IMG/VR virus record: IMGVR_UViG_3300033463_006083
Span: 52,724 to 116,723 of that record
Source: a virus
Taxonomy: Duplodnaviria; Caudoviricetes
DNA length: 64,000 nucleotides
Direction: 5' to 3' (one strand)
This document shows positions 57,878 through 64,000 of the stretch, in pieces. How positions within the stretch are numbered: position 1 is the first letter of the stretch; each line of letters begins with the position of its first letter. The notes under the pieces were generated by a model. That model saw nothing but the letters and a program-made list of their open reading frames with translations, made no database searches and was not told the origin of the DNA. The translations under genes and the position numbers were made by a program.

Positions 57878-59632
57878 CTATTTGTTTGTAAAAAACATCA
57901 TTTCCGCAATATTTCTTTTCTTCTTTCTTTTATTTCTATCTTCTTCTTGTTTAATATAATATAAACCATATTCAAATGCGGAAAACTTATCTTTTGGAAT
58001 TCCTCTACTAGATTGTTTTAAGATAATATTTGCACCTTCATTTTCTTCAACTAAATTTAACATTTGTTCTCTTAAAATAGTTGTAAGAGTAAAAGGCTGC
58101 AAGTATTCTTGCCTTTGTGCGGAATCCATATTTTGACCTATTTTAGTAGATAATAATTTTACTTTTGCTTGATTTTCATCTATTAAAAATTTAATTTTTC
58201 CGCTACCTAATTGCATTTGAACATAAGTATGAGCTTCGGTATTTATTGGTAAATTAGCTTTAATTAAATACATTGCTCCTTCTTCAACCCCTAGACCTTT
58301 TATATTTTTATAAGACTCAACAACATCATCTGTTGTTCCTCCAGCAACTCCAAATGCAGGAAGTTCTTCTCCTGTTTCTGGATCAACTTGTGCTTTTGTC
58401 ATAAAATCAACAAATCCAACACCAAGTCCATTAGCATCGATTGCCGCAATTTTAGCTTTATATTTATAAAATAACTTTTTAATATTAATAGCTTGAGTTT
58501 CAAAATCTTCAGCTTCATAACTATATAAATTAACTAAAGTTTTTAATGCAGCTCCTTGAGGTTGTGGTGTCACTTTAAACACACAAACTTCAGTTGTGCA
58601 TTTTAAACGACCAACATCGACTCCAAGTACATAATAAGCATTTTTACTACTTCTACCGCTATGTTCATACTCGGGCTGTAATAAAACTCTATATTTATCA
58701 AATCTTTCTGCAGAGAAGAAAGCGTTTTCCGCATCTCCACTCCACTCAGACTCATATTCTCTTGAAAATGAACTATCATTATAAGTTCCATCTAATTTTA
58801 AATTTGTAATAAAATTTCGAGGTTGTAATCCTTCAAGAACTGGAACTCTTCAAGTTCCGCCTAAAACTATTGCTTCTCCAGGTTCAATAATTTCTTGAAT
58901 TAAAATTTGAATTAATTTTTCATAAGCAAAACCATTTTTCCAACCAGCTGTAGTAACATAAATTTGAGATTTATTTGCAACCTCCTCTTCATGTCTTGAA
59001 CCATCTGAAAGACGTCTATCAACAACCATTGTTGGAATGATAACTTCATTTAATAATGTTTTGTCAATTAAGATACACTCTTCCATTAAACCACCAGTTG
59101 CACGTTTACCACGAGAACTTTGTTGAGCAGCCATAATATCAAAAACACTACCATTTTTAAATTTATAAGTTACTTCATTTTTACTAGATTTAGTTTGACC
59201 TCTTGTTCAGTCAATTTCATTTTTTAAACCAGGAATTAAACTACATAATTCTTCTACTTTTTCTCTTGTAATTCCAGCAGCTTGTTCCTTACCGCCAGTT
59301 GTAACAAAGAAGTGTGAACCAGGATAAAGAATACATTTTATCATAGAACCTAAAACCGCTAAAAATGATTTAGAATAACCACGAGGGAAAGTCGCATAGG
59401 AATATCTATGACGCATAATTGCTCTTAAAAATATTCTTTGATATAAATACAAATGAAAGTTTTCAGGATTACTTCCGCATAAAAATTCAACAAAAATATC
59501 TGGATAAGCACGTCAAAAAGCAACGTATTGTCTTAATACTGGAATTTGTGCTTTAATTCTTTCTTCAGAAATCCCAACCTTTTTAGAAAAGGTCTTAGAT
59601 TCTGATAATTTCATTAAATCCGCCAATGCCAT
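57878..59632 (-). CDS. terL: Terminase large subunit (~584 aa; TGA=Trp)
   Basis: Track ORFs 57878, 58850 and 59207 share the frame; ATG 59632. FWRAYPD (TGA), Walker A-like FPRGYSKSF, Walker B-like GLMEE, YVTTAG, FSREYESEW, LGVDVGR, IDANGLG, KDKFSA. Confidence 0.9.
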
Positions 59633-60834
59633 TATTGATCACCGTCGCTTATCATTTCCGCATCAAGTTCTTTTTGTCTTTCAACTTCATCAAGATACTC
59701 AACATAATCTTCATCTTGTAATTCATAATCTTCATTTTCCGCAGCTTCATTCATCTCTTTTTGAATTTGAATTTTCTTTAAAGCATCTTCAATTTGTTGA
59801 CCAAAACCTAAATCTTGAGTAACCAATTTATGTAAATAATTATTCATATCTTTTAATGTAGCATCAACTTTATCTTGTGGAACATCTGTAACATATTTAG
59901 GGATAAAACCTTCTCTTTCACACATAGATATAATTTCACCAACACTATCAACAAAATCATTTTTCTCGTCTTTATTTTGAGCTGCTGTAAATTTTGCAGA
60001 CTTTCTTAAAGAATCATAAACTTTTGATAATTTTTGATAACCATCTAAATCACCAATATCTAAAGCTTGGTTCATCTTTAAATTTGTTTTACAAATAAAT
60101 AATAATGTATTAATTGTATCTGCATCTTGAATATCAAATGAACGAGTCATCTCATTATACATTTTTTCTAATTGAACCCATTCATTAGGTTTATATAATC
60201 TTCCTCATTTCATAGCAAGGAATATTTTATCATCTTGAGTTAATTCAGCTCCTGGGTCTCCAAGTTCTTCTTCAGACATAAAATCATCTTCATTGAAACC
60301 TACAGAACCTGGATTTTGGCCAGTTTGTCCAATTGCGGGCTCTGGTGCATCCGCATGTCGGGTTGCAACTGTAAGCATAGTCTTATATTCAGCTTCAGAA
60401 ATTTCACCTTTATCAAACCTTTCTTTGGCCTCTTGCTCTCTTTCTCGAGCCTCTTCCTCTGACTTAGCAGCTGCCGCCGCATATTGTTCTTGTAGCATCT
60501 CAGTATCATCTCAACCATATTGACGCCATTGTTTTAATTTCATTTTAGATAAATATCTACCAAAAACAGAACCACTTTTTAATTTTGTCGGGTCTTTTTC
60601 ATAAATTCTATCTCTTAAAGTATTTCATTCCGCAGGAATGTATGGAACATCCATCTTTTTTAATAATCAAGTATAAGTTTTTTCATCAAAATTATCAATG
60701 TGCATAGTCAAACACTCTTTACACATTTCTGTTTTAGTACCATCTTTATAAGTGAAAAAACTATTTTCACCCATTCATTTTCTACACTTTTCACAAAAAA
60801 ACTTATCTTTTTCTTCTGTTATGATTGCCGCCAT
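59632..60834 (-). CDS. Zn-finger protein upstream of TerL, putative terminase small subunit (~400 aa; TGA=Trp)
   Basis: ATG 60834; CEKC...CKEC; in frame with track ORFs 60205 and 59632; TAATG-coupled to terL. Confidence 0.65.
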
Positions 60835-60836
60835 TA

Positions 60837-61925
60837 TTACTCACCTGCTTCCTCTTTAGCTTTCCTATTTCTACATTCTTTACAAATAGAATAAAAACCA
60901 TCTTTTGAAGTTTTATTCTTTGAGAAATAAAGATTGTGAGCTAATTTAACTTGACCACATCTAGAGCATCTTTTCCACTTGCCCTTTTCAACCATTGTAT
61001 AATATCACTCAAGGTAATTTTTAACAGCTCTTTCCGCAATCAATTTAGGTATCTTATTACGCCATAATGAACTAATATATTCAACAGAATGTTTAATACC
61101 GTATTTTAATTCAAGTAGGAATTGGATTTCCGCATTACTCCTACCATCTATTTTATAAATTAACAAGTCGTAATATAATGGATAATCATCTTCAAGCGCA
61201 TCATCTATTAAATTATCCAAATCTAACATCATGTAATAACAATCACTTTCAAACCTACCTCAGCATTCTTGCTTTAACGCAGAATAGTTGCACAATAGTA
61301 TTGAAATATGTTTAGGATTAAAAAATGAACAAATACAATCACTAACTGGCATTCCGCTTTCATTAATTGTGATGTGCTCATCAAATCTAGTGTAAACAAA
61401 AGACTTAACCGCATTAGATGCAAACACTGGTTGTCTAACCATATTTTTAATTGTGTATTGCTCTTGATACATTTCAATTAGCATCTTTTTTAATTTATAT
61501 TTATTTTTACCTGTAGCTTTTTTCTCTTGTCTCTTAACACTTTCAATCGAGTCCTTAAGATCTGCTAAAGCAGGGATCTCCGCAACATCCTTAGGAGTAA
61601 TTGATACTTTAGGAGTTAATAAAACATTTTTATCATTTTCTATTGTTATATTATAAAGACCGTCTTCACCATTTTCAAATTTACTTACTAAACCTTGATA
61701 TGAAGTTTCTCTCTTATTTATCGTTATTAATCTATTATCAGTCATTATTTCTTTTTTCTTTTTTTCATCTTTATCCATTGCCATTATTATATAATTACTT
61801 AATATCTCAATGTATTTTTCAGTTAATTGATTAGGAGAAGCATTTCTAACAATTTCTTCAACAAGCTTTTTTCTTTCCGCAGGATCTTTTAAGCTATAAT
61901 CTAGTTTCTTTAAATCCATTAGCAC
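60837..61925 (-). CDS. HTH plus C-terminal Zn-finger protein, putative transcription regulator (~362 aa; TGA=Trp)
   Basis: Track ORFs 61260 and 61005 join. GRSNAEIQ..L...HSVEYISSLW (HTH-like), then WKRCSRCGQVK...FSKN..SKDG..SICKEC; TAA 60837. Confidence 0.7.
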
Positions 61926-61971
61926 TATTCTCCTTTTCTAAGTTTAATCTTTTTTGACCTTCTATAATAAT

Positions 61972-62000
61972 ATTCTAATTCAAAATTTTTCTTTTGTCAA
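61972..62000 (-). promoter_or_regulatory. SigA-type promoter for the regulator/terminase operon
   Basis: TTGACA-17-TAGAAT. Confidence 0.65.
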
Positions 62001-62019
62001 CCTTGGTTTTTACATCTTT

Positions 62020-62048
62020 TTGACAATTATAAAAAAATATTATATAAT
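62020..62048 (+). promoter_or_regulatory. Consensus SigA promoter, divergent
   Basis: TTGACA-17-TATAAT. Confidence 0.8.
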
Positions 62049-62095
62049 ATTATTAGAAAAAGAGAAAAGAAAAAAATAAAAACAAGAGGTGTATA

Positions 62096-62368
62096 ATGAA
62101 AGTAAAGTTATACCTAACGTGATTAAAAATAAAATTATTCTGGACAAGAGTAAAGAAGTATGCGTGAGTTGCGGCGGCTGTCGCCTTACTTGTGGCGGTC
62201 ATGTGGTTAATATTTGCACGACCTGGTGCTTCCGCATACTATTATATAGATTGAAATGATAATCACGGAGTTGCAACTGATTGTTGAGTTGAGAAAAGTG
62301 GGTTGTATTGCACAAAGCAGTATGGCGGCACTGTTGCGGTTAAGCAATTCTGTGAAGTTAATGAGTAG
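62096..62368 (+). CDS. Small membrane-anchored or secreted protein (90 aa, four TGA=Trp)
   Basis: GAGGTG RBS. MKVKLYLTWLKIKLFWTRVKKYAWVAAAVALLVAVMWLIFARPGASAYYYIDWNDNHGVATDCWVEKSGLYC..; TAG. Absent from ORF track. Confidence 0.72.
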
Positions 62369-62748
62369 ATACACCGTAATTCACTTTCCTAGGTGTGTAT
62401 AGATTTTTTGAGAAGAAGGTTCTGATAACTCCTTCTTTTCGTTTGTCCTAAAAATAGGGGTGGGTCGTGTACCGAATTTGAAAATGGATTTGGAAAGATA
62501 TGTGTCGAGGTAAACGCCCTTTGTAGAATTAATCTAGATTTTTCCCAAAATACTACCGCCCACCAAAACATTACGTTCCGTAGCAGGCGGAAAGAATTCC
62601 TGGCGTTGATTAAAATCGCAGGAGCGTAAAGAATTGAAGCGATGCGAATTAGTTGACAGAATTTGACATTACAAATTTTCTCGTTTGACATTTGAACTTT
62701 ACACAATTAGACAATTTTCCTAAAAATAAAAATAATTATTAAAAAGTA

Positions 62749-62777
62749 TTGACAAACAATTATTATTATGTTATAAT
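62749..62777 (+). promoter_or_regulatory. Consensus SigA early promoter, cassette 1
   Basis: TTGACA-17-TGnTATAAT followed by TAAAGTGTAA. Confidence 0.85.
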
Positions 62778-62805
62778 TAAAGTGTAATAAAGGAGATGTG
62801 GTAAA

Positions 62806-62970
62806 ATGGAGCAACCAATGTTATTTGATAAAGATGAATATTTAGATACAACAATTGAATTAAAAAAGATGATTAAAACAATAATTGATTGTTATGAAGA
62901 TGAAAATAGTTTAATGTATTGTGATACTGAAACAATGTTAAATTTAATAAAAATGTTAATTTTTTATTAA
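62806..62970 (+). CDS. Small early hypothetical protein (54 aa)
   Basis: AAGGAG RBS; ATG..TAA; lies directly after the promoter. Confidence 0.65.
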   Translation: MEQPMLFDKDEYLDTTIELKKMIKTIIDCYEDENSLMYCDTETMLNLIKMLIFY

Positions 62971-62977
62971 AAACCTA

Positions 62978-63006
62978 TTGACAAACCTTAACAACTATGC
63001 TATAAT
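62978..63006 (+). promoter_or_regulatory. Consensus SigA early promoter, cassette 2
   Basis: TTGACA-17-TGnTATAAT followed by TAAAGTGTAA. Confidence 0.85.
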
Positions 63007-63038
63007 TAAAGTGTAAAAAGGAAAGAGAGTTGATTAAA

Positions 63039-63179
63039 ATGATAAAATATTTCATTAAAAATATAAATAAAAAGGTCGTATTTGAAAGCACTGACTATTG
63101 TAAGACTTTAGAAGTTTATCAACAATTACATCAAAATGCAAATGATTATTACATAACAACAAATTGGAAAATAAGATAA
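63039..63179 (+). CDS. Small early hypothetical protein (46 aa)
   Basis: ATG..TAA after the promoter and a purine-rich leader. Confidence 0.55.
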   Translation: MIKYFIKNINKKVVFESTDYCKTLEVYQQLHQNANDYYITTNWKIR

Positions 63180-63237
63180 ATAATAAATAAATAAATAAAA
63201 CAATAAATAATAATTAAATAAGAAAGGAATTGATATT

Positions 63238-63747
63238 ATGTTAAAATTATTTTTAGATTTAGATGGAACATTAGCAAAGTTCAATAGTAAGAAAAATGCA
63301 TTAGAAAGATTTGACAAAGAGAAAGGTTTTTTCTCAAGTTTAAAACCATTTAAAAACATTGAAATTATTAATGAAATTGCTAAAAACAATAATGTAGAGG
63401 TTTACATAATAAGCGCTACTCCAAACGAGCAAGCAGACAATGATAAAATGATTTGGATAAAAACTTATCTAAAAAATATCAAACAAGAAAACATTTGTTT
63501 TTGTAGATTAAATGAAAACAAAGCAAAAGTAATCAAAGACAAACTAAACATTACAATTGACAAAGAATGTATTTTGTTAGATGATTACACAAAGAATTTA
63601 ATTGAATGGAAAAATCTAAATGGAATTGGAATTAAAAGATTAACTTCAAAAGCAGACAATTCAAGAAAGATTTGGAAAGATTATTCAATTAGAAATCTAA
63701 TTCAATTAACAAAAACACTTGACAAAATTGCAATAGAGAATTGTTAA
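63238..63747 (+). CDS. HAD-family 5'(3')-deoxyribonucleotidase-like protein
   Basis: FLDLDGTL (motif I), IISA, K..W, K, LLDDY..NL..W...G.GI. Confidence 0.8.
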   Translation: MLKLFLDLDGTLAKFNSKKNALERFDKEKGFFSSLKPFKNIEIINEIAKNNNVEVYIISATPNEQADNDKMIWIKTYLKNIKQENICFCRLNENKAKVIKDKLNITIDKECILLDDYTKNLIEWKNLNGIGIKRLTSKADNSRKIWKDYSIRNLIQLTKTLDKIAIENC

Positions 63748-64000
63748 GTGCAATGCGGACACCGATGCTACACGAGAAAGGTCTCACCTTAGAGAGTGAG
63801 TGAGCATCATTTCCGCATGACATCAACACAGCAAATGAAATAAAATAAAAAATAAATAAAAATAATAATTAATAATACAATAATAATGTAAAGTAATTTA
63901 CATTATTTTTAATGTAAACTAAATGTCAACTCGGCGGCTCGGCGTGGGCTGTGGCGAGCCGCATTTTACACTAGACTTTACATGTAAACTTTTGTCAACC

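Noticed and set aside
62389-62706. 105-aa minus-strand ORF (and 63126..63389)
   Set aside because: No RBS and atypical composition; the second is antisense to the nucleotidase.
62370-63830. Suppressor tRNA-Trp(UCA) in the GC-richer intergenic stretches
   Set aside because: No cloverleaf or T-loop consensus recognisable by eye; tRNAscan-SE or ARAGORN is needed to exclude it formally.

Overview
This AT-rich window is the packaging, morphogenesis, lysis and accessory arm of a large tailed dsDNA phage. It looks siphovirus-like: long tape measure, a tail tube gene, no sheath gene seen. Almost all genes lie on the minus strand; a short divergent plus-strand block of early-type genes starts at about 62.0 kb. 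The supplied ORF track is fragmented because this genome reads TGA as Trp (code 4-like). Consecutive fragments share one frame and are separated by TGA at Trp-expected positions, and every reconstructed gene ends in TAA or TAG. Reading leftwards from 61.9 kb under that code: HTH/Zn-finger regulator, putative TerS, TerL, small nuclease, portal, prohead protease/scaffold, decoration protein, major capsid, head-tail genes, tail tube, ~2780-aa tape measure, 1471-aa tail protein with an S74-like C-terminus, holin, two endolysins, and a block of modular fibre/adhesin genes. Further left are a six-gene uncharacterised operon with a possible TGA/TGG leader peptide and terminator, and an array of four large paralogous DUF285/BspA-like LRR genes interrupted by a GT2 glycosyltransferase. 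A repeated non-sigma70 motif (GG-N-C-W-AA...ATA) precedes nine minus-strand units. I read frames by eye and spot-checked them rather than verifying every codon. Family names come from motif recognition, not database searches.
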